Shown: one piece after another, positions 46,768-57,987 of the stretch
How positions within the stretch are numbered: the first letter of the stretch is position 1
Layout of the letters: every line of letters starts with the position of its first letter
From: an uncultured delta proteobacterium
Lineage (GTDB): Bacteria > Desulfobacterota > Desulfobacteria > Desulfobacterales > Desulfatirhabdiaceae
Assembly: GCA_963789395.1 (NCBI GenBank)
Contig: CAWBKP010000022.1
Span: 1-64,000 of the forward strand
Reading direction: 5' to 3'
Length of the DNA stretch: 64,000 bases
Notes under the pieces: model-generated
What the model saw: only the letters and a program-made list of their open reading frames with translations
Told to the model about the DNA's origin: nothing
Databases searched by the model: none
Program-made: the position numbers and the translations under genes

Positions 46768-47681
46768 TTGCAGTGTGATTGTCTGCACTTATAATCGGGC
46801 GGGATTGTTGCAACGTCTCCTGGAATCCCTGGCTGTTCAGACGGAATCTGCGTCGGCTTTTGAGATCATAGTTGTCAACGATGGTTCCACTGATTCAACG
46901 GCAGCCGTCTGTGAATACTGGGCCGCGCGTTTGCCCAATTTGAAATGGGTTGCCCTAAGCTGTAATTCCGGGTTAAGCGTGGCCGGCAATCAGGGCGTGG
47001 CTGCGGCGAAGGGGCAATATCTGCTCTTTATCGACGATGACTGCATTGCTGATGCCTCGCTGGGTGACCGCAATGGTCGGCGCGTTGCAAACGGCCCCCA
47101 TTGCGGCAGGGTGTGTTACCAGTTCCCGTTCCAATTGGTTGATCCTTGGGCATAACCTGGCCCAGTTTCATCCCTTTTTCCCCGGCAGGTCATCGGGATC
47201 CGTGGATTTTATCGCAGGCGCCAATATGGGGTTTCGCCGGGAGATTTTTCGCAATCTGTGCCCATTCCGGGACGATTGCTTGATTCCGGACATGGAATTT
47301 ATCCTGCGCGCCCGTCAAAAAAAATACCCTATTATTTTTGCGCCTGAAGCGGTGGTGATTCATGCCCCGGCGCGTTCAAGCTTGCGCAAGGTTCTGCATT
47401 ACGGGGCCGCCCATGCCTTTCATTCCATCCGACTGCGACTGAAGTATCAACAGCTCTTGCAGACTCCCCTTTTCCTTAAGGTTCCCGTTCTGTTGTTTAG
47501 CATGGCGCCAATGATCGCTGGCATGAAAACCGCGCAGATTTATCTTTCCAATCGCCAATTGAAGCCTTTCCTGCCGCTCGCGCCACTGGTATTTCTGATC
47601 AAGCTGGCATGGTGCTGGGGGGCGGCTCAAGGCCTGTCAACCAGTGTGCGATCTTCATTTCATGCGTTAAATGTTGAATGA
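46733..47681 (+). CDS. GT2 glycosyltransferase, frameshift near 47055 (start uncertain)
   Basis: SVIVCTYNRA, VNDGSTD, N.G...A.G and FIDDDC, then GANMGFRR and DMEF..R. Confidence 0.8.
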
Positions 47682-47720
47682 AATAGCCCGTTCGATGCTT
47701 TACGAAATGAGATCGACAAA

Positions 47721-48597
47721 ATGCCCCTGCCAAATTTTCTAATTATTGGCGCTGCAAAAAGCGGCACCAACGCCATGTATAACTATCTCCGGCAGCATCC
47801 GCAAATTTTTATGAGTCCAGTCAAAGAACCGCGCTTTTTTGCATTCGAGGGTGAGACACCGCACTTTTCTGGACCTCAGGGTGCCAGATTTAGCAGTGAC
47901 ATTGTTACCACGATAGATGATTACCTCAAATTGTTCATGGCAGTCACGAATCAAATTGCCATCGGCGAAGCTTCGCCCGGTGTATCTAACTTTCAGTGAG
48001 AAGGCCGTGCGGTGCATTCAACGCCACGTGCCGAATGCCAAGCTAATTGCCATTTTGCGGCAACCTGCAGAACGCGCGTATTTGGCCCATCAGATGTGGC
48101 TTTATCGGGGTCATGAATCTCTGAGCTTCCCCCAAGCGCTTTCTGCGGAAGAGGCTCGCCGGCAGATGAATTGGGCATATCATTTTCGTTACAAAGCCCG
48201 AGGCTTTTATTACGCTCATTTGAGATCCTACTTTGATTGTTTCCCGCGGGAACAGATCCGGATTTATCTGTACGAAGAATGGGCCTTCAATCTCCAGGCT
48301 GTGCTGAGGGATATTTTTCGGTTTCTGGAAGTTGACGACACGTTTCAACCCCGGCGCCACACTTTCCAGGCGATTCTTAATAATCCGCATCCACTCAAGA
48401 ATGTACTCAAGCCCTTGTTGCCAAGGGTCATGCGGCGAAGCATACTTACCATCTTGCAATCTCTCACCAACCCCCCGCCTCTGGATCCCGAACTCCACCG
48501 CCAATTGACCGAGGAGTACCGTGATGATATTATTAAATTGCAGAGTTTGATCGGTCGCGATCTTTCACACTGGTTGGATCCAAAGCGGGGTGGCTGA
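47721..48597 (+). CDS. Second PAPS-dependent sulfotransferase, frameshift near 47975
   Basis: PNFLIIGAAKSGT, KEPRFF and GEASP, then LRQPAERAY, GFY and RDLSHW; homologous to 44658-45572. Confidence 0.85.
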
Positions 48598-48946
48598 GTG
48601 GTTCGAATCCTAAGCAATTCCGATATCATCGATGCCACAGCGCCTTTTAAACCATGAGACGTAGTGACGCGCAACAGTTGATGGTATTCAATTAGAGGAA
48701 ATAAGTTTATTTTGAAGATGGATCAAATCACAACTATTGCTGTATACACCGAATTTTATCCTATCCCCAGAAATGGTTTTATTCTGTTCTCTGCCTATTA
48801 TTATGATGATAACGATTCGGATTGTTACTGCCGGTACGGGTTTGCCAAAATAATTTCCCCTTACTGTTCCGTTCAATTTTGCCACCAAAGTTGTTGTATG
48901 GTGCTGGAGGGCAATTCGCTGGCTGTTGACTTACAAGGGATCGTAA

Positions 48947-49937
48947 ATGCAGCCAACGTATAGTATCCTGATCCCCGTTTGTCACGGCGGATCATTTCTG
49001 GCCAATGCCCTATCCACGTTGTCAAATATCGCGGTTCCGGAGAAAGGATTTGAGGTCGTACTGGTCGGAGACATGCTGGAGATTACAAAAAACATACCTC
49101 TCTTCACATCTGGAAATTCGTTGATTAAAAAGCACTGCGGGAAACCGGGCTGCTGCGTTGAATGCTGCATGCGCTGCCGCACGGGGATGTATCTGGGTTT
49201 TCGCCGACGATGATTGTATCTTTCCACAAGACTGGTTGCTGCGAATCGAAAGAACATCTGGCTGTTAATCCGGATGCTGTGGTGATAGGCGGGCGGGACG
49301 AACTGCCCCAAACTGCTGGAACGTTTGATCTTGCACTCGACCAGACATTGAACTCGTTTGCCGGGACGGGTGGAATACGACGAAATTCAGGAAGCAAGGT
49401 CGGGCGATACTATCCCAAACTTTGGAATATGACGGTTCGAGCCGATGCGGCACGACAGGCGGCCGTCAAATCGATGATTTTTAATCCGATGCTGCCGGTA
49501 CACGAAGATGTGGATCTTGTTGAGCGCATCATCAGGCAGGGCGGGCAGGTTGTCCATGCGCCGGAAATCGTGGTGGGTCATTTCCGGGATACGAATTTCA
49601 GCTCCTTTTTTTTCGCAACTTCCTTATGGCCCGAGTCTGCCGTGTATTGGGCCTTCATCGGCAAGCTCATTTGGCTTTGACCGTTGTTGTTCCTGGCTTG
49701 CTTCTATTCGGAATCGTGGCAATGTCAGCTCCGGCTCTCAAATCTGTTTTCTTCCTGCTGACCGGAATATACGTCACGGCCCTGCTTTTGACAGGAATAG
49801 GAAGCGCACTGAAAACAAGACGAATTTCTCTGGTGATCCTTGTTCCGATACTCATTCTTGCACTGCATACAGCCAGAGGGCTCGGATATTGCCTGCCGGC
49901 AAAACCAAAGGGGTCTTTATGCTCTCCAGTCGCCTGA
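48947..49937 (+). CDS. GT2 glycosyltransferase with C-terminal TM helices, several frameshifts
   Basis: YSILIPV..., DDD-type motif near 49205, NM..R and HEDVDL, then a TM tail, spread across three track ORFs. Confidence 0.6.
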
Positions 49938-50142
49938 TGTCCAAATCGCATGCAGTGTTTGGTATCCCGCAAGACAGCAGAATTTTCGGCGGGCCAGCCC
50001 CTCTCCATGGGCACCCGTCGATTTCAGCTCAACGGCTATGGTCAACCGTTTCTTTATCCGGAGATAATGGGCTGCAGTGGTCATTTCAGGAGCAATCACC
50101 CCTGCGGCACAAATGCCCTGAATAAAGACCAGGAGAATTCTA

Positions 50143-51363
50143 GTGATGAAGATCGCGCAACTTGGACCGGCCCATCCCTTTCGCGGCGGCATTGTCCATT
50201 TCAACAGTCGTCTGGCCGAAGCGTTGCGCACCAGGCCGGATCTGGACATTGCCCTATACTATTGGTCCAAGCCCTATCCGGAAAGTCTGTTACCCAAATC
50301 GGTGAAAAACCGGCAGGACGAGCAAAGTACGATGACTTTTCACCAGCCGGGGCTGAACATCCTCAGCTATACGAATCCGCTGAGCTGGTTCATGCTGGTG
50401 CGTCTGTTGAAAAAAGGGCGTTATGATATGTTCATCACGCACTGGGTGCATCCTGTCCATTTTCCAGTATTTAGCATCATCTTCATGGCCATACGCCTTC
50501 TCACGAGAACACAAATTTGTCTGATTGTGCATAATTTCCTGCCGCATGAACATCTGCCCGGAGCCAAGATTATGATTCGATCAATTATAAACATGGCACA
50601 CAAGGTTATGCTGCACGGTAGAAGCGAAGCGCAAAAAGCCAGATCTTGCAATATTTTTCACCGGAAGATACACAACGCTTTTCACCCCGTTTATGACCAG
50701 TTCATCCTCCCGGTGGAATCCCGTGAATCAATTCGTATTGAACTGGGCCTGCGCAGCAAGGTTTTTCTTTTTTTCGGCTTCATCAGGCCCTATAAGGGTC
50801 TTGACTGCCTTCTGGAAGCCTTTCGCCGAATTGCCCCCACACATCAGGACATGTCACTTCTGGTCGTTGGGGAATATTTTTACCCCAAAGCAAAAATGGA
50901 ACGTGGCGTTACGGTCTCTTATCCCGAAAAGGCTCCCGGGCCTTTGGGTCTATCTCTGGCGGACCCGATTCTCAGACAGGTGGTGTGGATCAACCGCTAT
51001 GTGCCCAATGAGGAAGTCGGGCGCTATTTCAGTGTTGCGGACGTTGTTGTTGTCCCATACCATGACGCTAGCCAGTCGGGTCCCCTTCAAATTGCCTACG
51101 CCTTTGACAAACCCGTTATAGCAAGCGATATTCCTGCTTTCAGGGAAATTGTTGCGCAGGGGGAAAGCGGCTATTTGTTCCGACCCGGAGATCCGACAGA
51201 TTTGGCGAATAAAATGAAATTTTTTTTTCAAAGACCCATACAACCCTCTCAAGTTAACACATATCGCCAACGCTTTAACTGGGATGATTATAGCCGAATA
51301 CTTGTTGGCAGCCGGGATTCAACCTCTCCCCATTGTAATGAGCTTTTTTCAGACCGAAATTGA
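50143..51363 (+). CDS. GT4 glycosyltransferase
   Basis: GPAHPFRGGI, HNFLPHE, FFGFIRPYKGL and PYHDASQSG. Confidence 0.9.
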   Translation: MMKIAQLGPAHPFRGGIVHFNSRLAEALRTRPDLDIALYYWSKPYPESLLPKSVKNRQDEQSTMTFHQPGLNILSYTNPLSWFMLVRLLKKGRYDMFITHWVHPVHFPVFSIIFMAIRLLTRTQICLIVHNFLPHEHLPGAKIMIRSIINMAHKVMLHGRSEAQKARSCNIFHRKIHNAFHPVYDQFILPVESRESIRIELGLRSKVFLFFGFIRPYKGLDCLLEAFRRIAPTHQDMSLLVVGEYFYPKAKMERGVTVSYPEKAPGPLGLSLADPILRQVVWINRYVPNEEVGRYFSVADVVVVPYHDASQSGPLQIAYAFDKPVIASDIPAFREIVAQGESGYLFRPGDPTDLANKMKFFFQRPIQPSQVNTYRQRFNWDDYSRILVGSRDSTSPHCNELFSDRN

Positions 51364-52859
51364 TGGCAACCGAAACTTCTGAAAAACACATAAAATCCGC
51401 AAAAGAGCATGCAATTGCTCCTTCAGTCCCACCGCCTTTTAGCCCCGGGATTATTTCAATCCTCAGGAACTTTTTTTATCTGTTCAGCGGGCAGGGAATT
51501 CAGTTTGGCGTGCGTTTTTTCTATGCCATAATTCTGGCCCGGGCATTGGGTCCGCAGGATTATGGTCTGTTCACGTACGGCATGTCTCTCTACCTGGCAG
51601 TTTTACCCTTGACAAGATTGGGTATTGAGCAGGTCATGATGCGGGAAATCGGCAGGGACAAGATTCGCGGCAGACAGATGCTTGGATTTGCTCTGCCCAT
51701 CCGAAGGCTTAGTGCCTGTCTGGTTACAGGCTTCTTTGCCGTCGCGGTAATTCTTTTGGAACCAAATGCCGAAATGCGGGCGCTTTTGTTGTGGTTTGCT
51801 TTTGCCATGCTGGGGCGGTCATTTGCATACTGGAATATGGCCCTATTCACAGCCTATGAAGTCAACGAGTATTCCTTTCGCCTGCAGTCGATTTTTCGCC
51901 CTCTTGAGGTTGCCATCGGGCTTTGCGCCTTTGCGATGTGGAAAACCCCCCTTTCCGTTGTAATGGCCCATGCCTTGACCTGGTGGCTGGAAGTTCTGTT
52001 CGGCACAAGGTTGGCCCGAAAAAAATTATCTCTCCCGGTCGCGCAGTGGAATCTATCTGCCAGCAAGCAAATGCTGCCCCAGGCAATTCTTCTGGGGGCC
52101 ATTTTTGCATTGTCCTCATGGATGACTCAAGGTCCTCTGGTTGTTTTCAAGCATATCGATGATTCCGGGGTACCCATGGGCGATTTGGCTCTGGCAATGC
52201 AGATATTCTCAATTCTCTCTCAATTGCCGATAATAGCCACCAATGCCGCGTTTCCGGTGTTGAGCAGGACTGTTGCACGTGGTGACGGCAAAGAACTCTT
52301 TTTTGCGTCAACAGTCATGCGGTACACATTCCTGATAGGAGGGATAACAGCTTTTGTAGGAATGACACTGGGTGCCTCACTTGTCGTCAAGGTGTTCGGT
52401 GCGCAGTATGCGGGAGCTGGATCATTGATTGGCTCCGTCCTCTGGATGTTGATCCCCTGGACTGTATTGATTGTGCTGCTGAAAGTTCAGTTGGCCAAAG
52501 GGTGCAACTTTTCGAGCATGGTGTTCATGTTGCTGGGAGCAGGTATTTTTGTACTTACTGCACAGCCGGCTGTTTTGATCTGGGGAATGCACGGACCCAT
52601 CGCAGCCTCTGCCCTCGGAATGCTCATTACGTCACTGTGCCTCCTCAAAGCGGTATCTGAACATGGAAATCTGAATCTTGGTTTTTCAGTAATCCGACCA
52701 TTAGGAGCACTGGGTGTGGCGTTTGGAATATTCTCTCTATTGCAGCAAATCGGGCCGGTGCTTGCATTACTCGGAGCAATAGCTGCCATTGCTGCCGGAT
52801 GGTTTTTTTGGGGCTGTATATCCGATCATGAAAGAAAAATATTGTTTTCAAGGAGTTGA
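51360..52859 (+). CDS. wzx: Wzx/MOP-family oligosaccharide flippase
   Basis: LRNFFYL, ARALGPQDYG, FPVLSR and FGAQY; about twelve TM helices. Confidence 0.82.
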   Translation: MMATETSEKHIKSAKEHAIAPSVPPPFSPGIISILRNFFYLFSGQGIQFGVRFFYAIILARALGPQDYGLFTYGMSLYLAVLPLTRLGIEQVMMREIGRDKIRGRQMLGFALPIRRLSACLVTGFFAVAVILLEPNAEMRALLLWFAFAMLGRSFAYWNMALFTAYEVNEYSFRLQSIFRPLEVAIGLCAFAMWKTPLSVVMAHALTWWLEVLFGTRLARKKLSLPVAQWNLSASKQMLPQAILLGAIFALSSWMTQGPLVVFKHIDDSGVPMGDLALAMQIFSILSQLPIIATNAAFPVLSRTVARGDGKELFFASTVMRYTFLIGGITAFVGMTLGASLVVKVFGAQYAGAGSLIGSVLWMLIPWTVLIVLLKVQLAKGCNFSSMVFMLLGAGIFVLTAQPAVLIWGMHGPIAASALGMLITSLCLLKAVSEHGNLNLGFSVIRPLGALGVAFGIFSLLQQIGPVLALLGAIAAIAAGWFFWGCISDHERKILFSRS

Positions 52860-52887
52860 ACACATAGAAAACGAATTGGAGAGGTAC

Positions 52888-53985
52888 GTGCGAAAAGGCA
52901 TCATGCTGTATGATTTTCTGGCTGTTCCGGGTGGTGCGGAAAAACTGACGTTCACCTTGCTGGATTCGCTGCCCGATGTGCCCTTGTGCTGTGCATTTCG
53001 GAATACAGCCGCTTTTCCGGACAAAATGCTGCCAACGTCCGGATTTATCGATTTAAAGGCAGCTTCGAATATCCCTGTATGGCGGATTTTGAAGGTGATG
53101 GTTGCATTTGAAAGACAGACATTGTTTTTAAACGATTATGACTGGGTTCTGTTCAGCGGAATATTTGCGCCGCTTGCAGTAAGGAATCATATCCGCGGTA
53201 CCAATTTCCTATATTGCCATACTATTCCCCGGTTTGCCTATGATTTAAAAGACTTCTACATGTCACGGTTGCCGTTTTTCCTCAGACCGGCCTTTTTCGG
53301 ACTGGTTCTGCTCATGCGGTATCGCTATGAATGGGCATTGAGCCGCATGAATATCATTATTGCCAATTCCCATAACGTGAAAAGACGGTTGGAAACCTAT
53401 TTGGGTTTAACGGCAACCGTGATTCATCCGCCGGTGGATACAAAACAATTTCGCTGGAAGGGGCAGAAAGACTATTATGTGTCTCTGGCCAGGCTGGAAA
53501 ATTTCAAACGGGTGGATCTCATCGTCAAGGCCTTTAAACGAATGCCCGAGAAGAAATTGGTGGTGACATCCAGCGGATCGGAAATGGAGCGATTGAAAAG
53601 GCTTGCTTCGGATGCACCTAACATTCACTTTACCGGCTGGCAGACGGAAGAACAGTTGCGGAGGTGGATCGGAAATGCCATTGCTTCAATTTACATTCCG
53701 ATAGATGAAGATTTTGGTATGTCACCGGTGGAGTCAATGGCTGCTGGAAAGCCGGTAATCGGTGTTGCCGAGGGCGGATTGCTGGAAACGGTTGTGCCGA
53801 ACGAGACCGGGTTTCTGCTTCGGCCGCCGCCGACAGTTGAAGCAATAATAGCGGCCATTCACGAAATGACTCCGAATCGGGCACTGGAAATGCGATCGGC
53901 CTGTGAAAGGCGGGCCGAGCTGTTTACGCAAGAAATATTTCTGGAGAAATTATGTAGCTGTCTGGGCGTCAATTTCTCATCATGA
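52888..53985 (+). CDS. GT4 glycosyltransferase (WbaZ-like mannosyltransferase)
   Basis: GGAEK, YCHTIPR.AYD, ANS, HPPV, KRVDL and EDFGMSPVESMAAGKPV; GTG start at 52888 with GAGG RBS. Confidence 0.88.
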   Translation: MRKGIMLYDFLAVPGGAEKLTFTLLDSLPDVPLCCAFRNTAAFPDKMLPTSGFIDLKAASNIPVWRILKVMVAFERQTLFLNDYDWVLFSGIFAPLAVRNHIRGTNFLYCHTIPRFAYDLKDFYMSRLPFFLRPAFFGLVLLMRYRYEWALSRMNIIIANSHNVKRRLETYLGLTATVIHPPVDTKQFRWKGQKDYYVSLARLENFKRVDLIVKAFKRMPEKKLVVTSSGSEMERLKRLASDAPNIHFTGWQTEEQLRRWIGNAIASIYIPIDEDFGMSPVESMAAGKPVIGVAEGGLLETVVPNETGFLLRPPPTVEAIIAAIHEMTPNRALEMRSACERRAELFTQEIFLEKLCSCLGVNFSS

Positions 53986-54001
53986 CATTGGCAGTGTGCG
54001 G

Positions 54002-54724
54002 ATGGAGAATGGTATGATTATTCCAGCGGCCCCGAATCTTCTCAGCATCGTTGTGCCAACGTATAATGAAGGAGAAAATGTTGTCCGATTGGCCGGATGT
54101 TTGGGCGATGTAATGAAAGACAGATCGTATGAGTTGATTTATGTTGACGACAGTACGGATGATACGCCTTTCATATTGGATAAATTGGCATCGTCAAACC
54201 CAAGGGTGAGGTATGTGCGTCGAACGAATGAAAGGGGTCTGGGTACAGCAGTTGTAAAAGGCTTTGAGGTATGCCGGGGGCAAATCATTGCCGTGATGGA
54301 TGCAGATTTACAGCATCCACCGGAACTTTTGCCGATGATGCTGAAGACGATCGATTTGAATGCGGACATCGTAATTCCCAGCAGATTCGTTAAAGGGGGG
54401 GATGACGGAGGTCTGAACCTTTTCAGGAAAATGATTTCCGGAACTGCCCGGTATATGGGAAAGATCCTGTTGAAACCGCTGAGACGGATAGCCGATCCGA
54501 CGAGTGGGTTTTTTATTCTTAAAAAAGAAGTGATTGAAGGTGTCAAGCTTGAACCCGTCGGTTGGAAGATCCTGATAGAAGTGCTGGTAAAAGGGAATTA
54601 TTCCAACGTTACCGAACTCCCCTACCATTTTAAAGCAAGAAAGTCCGGTGAGTCAAAAATGTCTCTAAAGGAACAGATGAATTACGTAAGGCATATTATA
54701 AAGCTTTTTTTTTATGAATTATAA
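54002..54724 (+). CDS. Polyprenol-phosphate-mannose synthase-like GT2 (Dpm1/Ppm1)
   Basis: VVPTYNE, VDDSTD, RGLGTAV, MDADLQHPP, DPTSGFF and GESKM. Confidence 0.88.
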   Translation: MENGMIIPAAPNLLSIVVPTYNEGENVVRLAGCLGDVMKDRSYELIYVDDSTDDTPFILDKLASSNPRVRYVRRTNERGLGTAVVKGFEVCRGQIIAVMDADLQHPPELLPMMLKTIDLNADIVIPSRFVKGGDDGGLNLFRKMISGTARYMGKILLKPLRRIADPTSGFFILKKEVIEGVKLEPVGWKILIEVLVKGNYSNVTELPYHFKARKSGESKMSLKEQMNYVRHIIKLFFYEL

Positions 54725-55985
54725 AGAATTATCTGGCAATTCATACCGGTCGAAGCCTTTGTTGCGGATGTCACGGTTGACGATATATTGTTTTTTTGCA
54801 GCGATACCTTCGCTTGCAATGATGGAACGGTTGCTGGAAGTCGTGTTGCAGCGTTTTCCGATTACATCAATGAAAACAGTCATGATCCTTGTCCAGGGAA
54901 GTTATATGTTTGCGCTTTTTTTCGGAGCCAAACAGTGCTTTCGTCCTTTTTTCGCGTTACGTTCTGGGAAAGCAACGTCACTGTTCTTCCTGCTGCTGGT
55001 CCTGCTTTTCACTGCGTTCATGGTTGTATACCCCCTTGCGGATTCCGGACAACTCGGTTTTTCAAGCGACCGGGACGAGGCAATTGATGTTGCCGTCAAA
55101 CAAATTCTATCGGGGAACTATCCCTATGTCTGCAAGGTAATTTCCGGGATTCATGACGGCTGCTCAACAATTGGCAACCCCATTGCGCCACTTCCAGGCG
55201 CCCTTCTGTTCGCCACCCCCTTTGTCATGTTGGGTGGGAGTGCGTTGCAAAATTTCGGCTGGTTAATTGCCTTTTATTTTTTGCTGAGATGGTTTTTTGA
55301 CGACAACCAATTTCCGGCACTCTACCTGACGACGCTGCTGTTTTTTTCTCCTGTTATAATTGCTGAAATCTTAACTGGCGGAGATCTTCTTTCCAATTCC
55401 CTTGCGGTAACCTCCGCCATAGTGATGGCTTTACGCGCAGCTTCAATCAAGAAATGGATTATCTCCGGTGCCATGCTGGGGATTGCGCTTTCGTGGCGCG
55501 CTCACTTTCTGTTGGTCGTTGTGCCAATTGTGGTATATCATTTAAAAAACAAAGAGGTGAATAAACTTCTTGTCACCGGACTTGCCGCTTGTGTGAGTTT
55601 TGCAGCCGTCACCCTGCCATTCTGGCTTGCAAATCCCGATGGGTTTTCTCCCATCCATATCCAGCAGCGGTTTAACGATTTTCTTCCCTTGCTGCCGCAT
55701 GCGGATACTGTCATGATAGCGATTCCTGTAATAATCGGTATCTTTTTCGGTCTGTGGTCCAAAAGCCACAGTGACCTTTTTATTTCCTGCGGGGCTGCGG
55801 TGATTGCTCCGATTCTGATAGCCGTTGCGCTGAACTCGGTAAATAAGGGCATGCTGACTTTTTATTTTTATGGATGGTATGCCTTTAGCGGGACGCTGCT
55901 GGGGACCCTCGGCTGTTTTCAGCTGCTGCCAGTGGAAATGTCTGATGGGCGACTACATGCTTCTATTTTTGAATCAAGGTCTTGA
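54714..55985 (+). CDS. Polytopic membrane protein, GT-C-like, coupled to the Dpm1-like gene
   Basis: SDRDEA loop, G.YPY, PLPGALL and GGDL; about ten TM helices; overlaps the upstream stop. Confidence 0.6.
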   Translation: MNYKELSGNSYRSKPLLRMSRLTIYCFFAAIPSLAMMERLLEVVLQRFPITSMKTVMILVQGSYMFALFFGAKQCFRPFFALRSGKATSLFFLLLVLLFTAFMVVYPLADSGQLGFSSDRDEAIDVAVKQILSGNYPYVCKVISGIHDGCSTIGNPIAPLPGALLFATPFVMLGGSALQNFGWLIAFYFLLRWFFDDNQFPALYLTTLLFFSPVIIAEILTGGDLLSNSLAVTSAIVMALRAASIKKWIISGAMLGIALSWRAHFLLVVVPIVVYHLKNKEVNKLLVTGLAACVSFAAVTLPFWLANPDGFSPIHIQQRFNDFLPLLPHADTVMIAIPVIIGIFFGLWSKSHSDLFISCGAAVIAPILIAVALNSVNKGMLTFYFYGWYAFSGTLLGTLGCFQLLPVEMSDGRLHASIFESRS

Positions 55986-56074
55986 AATGAGAGAGATCCT
56001 GGCGGCCATAAGAAGTTTGTGGAGCATCCCCGTTCGGCAATTGTTGATATTTCAAGGAAAATAGTTTGACCAGA

Positions 56075-57224
56075 ATGCGCATCCTGCATATCGGGAAATT
56101 TTTCCCTCCGGTAACCGGTGGAATCGAGAGTTTTCTTGGCGACTTGCTTCCAGCCCTTGAAAGAGGCGGGGTAACGACGGCCGCGCTGGTTCATGACGAT
56201 ATTCATCAAAAACAAGGGCCGGCGTGTCATGGAAAAACAAAAATTTATCGGGTACCCTGTTATGGAACGCTGTTGTATGCTCCCATCAGCCCGGCGTTTC
56301 CTTTTACCATGAGAAAGGCCATTCAGGATTTCCGGCCGGACATCCTGCATTTTCATGTCCCGAACACCTCCGCATTCTGGGCACTGCTCCTGTCCATTGC
56401 CGGAGAATTGCCCTGGGTGGTTCACTGGCATGCGGATGTCGTTCCTTCCGCGATTGATCGAAGAATGGCATTGGCCTATCAGTTCTACCGTCCCATCGAA
56501 AAACTGTTTCTGCGGCGTGCGCAGTCCATTATCGCCACGTCCAATGCCTATCTGAATACCAGCAATGCGCTGGCCGGCTTTAAGGACAAATGTCATATTA
56601 TTCCGCTGGGGCTGGATCCGGATCGCCTGAAAAAGCCGGATGACGCCGGGCTGCGCTGGGCTGAAACCGTGTGGGGGCAGCCTGAGGGAAGAATCCTGGT
56701 CATCGGCCGGCTGACTTATTATAAAGGACACGAAGTCATGCTGGATGCTGCAACAGCCTTGCCGGATGCGCGGATTCTGATTGTCGGCAATGGCGAGCGC
56801 GAATCCAGTCTTAAAAGGCGAATTCACACCCTCGGCCTATCAAATAATGTTTCGCTGCTGGGGTCTTTGCCGGAATCGGAACTTCACACCCTCATTTCTT
56901 CCTGTGACTGCCTGTGTTTGCCGTCAGTTGAACGGACCGAGGCTTTCGGGACTGGTGCTTCTGGAAGCGATGCGGTACGGAAAACCGGTTGTTGCCAGCA
57001 ACATCCCCGGTTCCGGTATCGGATGGGTGGTCGAAGACGGCGTCACGGGGTTTCTGGTTCCGCCGGGTGATCCGGTTCTGCTTGCAGAGTCATTAAGAAA
57101 GCTTTTTGATCGGCCGGAGTTGAAATCGCAAATGGGGCGATCCGCGATCGGAACGGTTTCGCGAAGGTTTTTCAAATCGATCATATTGCGCAGGAGATTA
57201 TTTTGTTATATCATCAAATGCTGA
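56075..57224 (+). CDS. GT4 glycosyltransferase, frameshifts near 56948 and near the 3' end
   Basis: MRILHIGKFFPP..GGIE, HVPN, GRL.YYKG and ERTEAFG/LVLLEAMRYGKPVV. Confidence 0.85.
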
Positions 57225-57279
57225 AGTTCATTGAAGTAAACAGCCAAAGGATATGCGATTGCATCCAGGTGGCAAATGA

Positions 57280-57987
57280 ATGAAAAATAAACTGGCGGTT
57301 CTGATCCCCGCATTAAATGAAGAAAAAAATATTCGGGAAGTGATTCAGGGCGTCAGGAAAGCCATAACCGGTGAAATCGTGGTGATTGATGACGCCAGTT
57401 CGGATTCAACGGCAATGGTTGCGCGCAAAGAAGGCGCAAAAGTGCTGCCGCTTTTGCTGCGTCTGGGGGCATGGGGGGCGACGCGCACCGGAATCCGTTA
57501 TGCCGATCAGCATCGATTTGAAATTGCCGTTACCATGGATGCGGACGGGCAGCATCTGCCCGATTCCATCGCTGCACTCATAGACCCCATCCTGTTGAAT
57601 CAGGCCGATGTCGTTATCGGCTCCTGTACGGAACGCGGCAGTGTTCCCAGGAAATTGTCATGGTTTTTTTTTCGCAAGATTACGGGACTGGATGTTCAGG
57701 ACCTGACATCCGGGTTTCGCGCTTATAACGCCGCTGCCATGGCAGCGGTGATGACAGCCGATACGGCGCTTCTGGATTATCAGGATATCGGGGTGTTGCT
57801 GGCGCTCAATAAAGCCGGATTTCGCATTCTTGAAGTTCCGGTCAGGATGTGTCCCCGATCATCCGGACATTCACGGGTATTTTCTTCCTGGTGGGATGTG
57901 TTCCGGTATCTGGTGATCACCCTTATTTTATGCCTGTCGAAAGTGGATATGCCGGCTGTGTCCGGATATCGATCCGTGATTGGATAA
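57280..57987 (+). CDS. GT2 polyprenol-phosphate glycosyltransferase (GacI-like)
   Basis: IPALNEE, IDDASSD, TMDADGQH, DLTSGFR and EVPV.M.R..G.S; overlaps a DUF2304 gene. Confidence 0.85.
   Translation: MKNKLAVLIPALNEEKNIREVIQGVRKAITGEIVVIDDASSDSTAMVARKEGAKVLPLLLRLGAWGATRTGIRYADQHRFEIAVTMDADGQHLPDSIAALIDPILLNQADVVIGSCTERGSVPRKLSWFFFRKITGLDVQDLTSGFRAYNAAAMAAVMTADTALLDYQDIGVLLALNKAGFRILEVPVRMCPRSSGHSRVFSSWWDVFRYLVITLILCLSKVDMPAVSGYRSVIG

Noticed and set aside
48688..48985. Short overlapping ORFs in the AT-rich gap between the second sulfotransferase and the GT2
   Set aside because: No motifs or convincing RBS; possibly a remnant of a frameshifted membrane gene, but I cannot support that.
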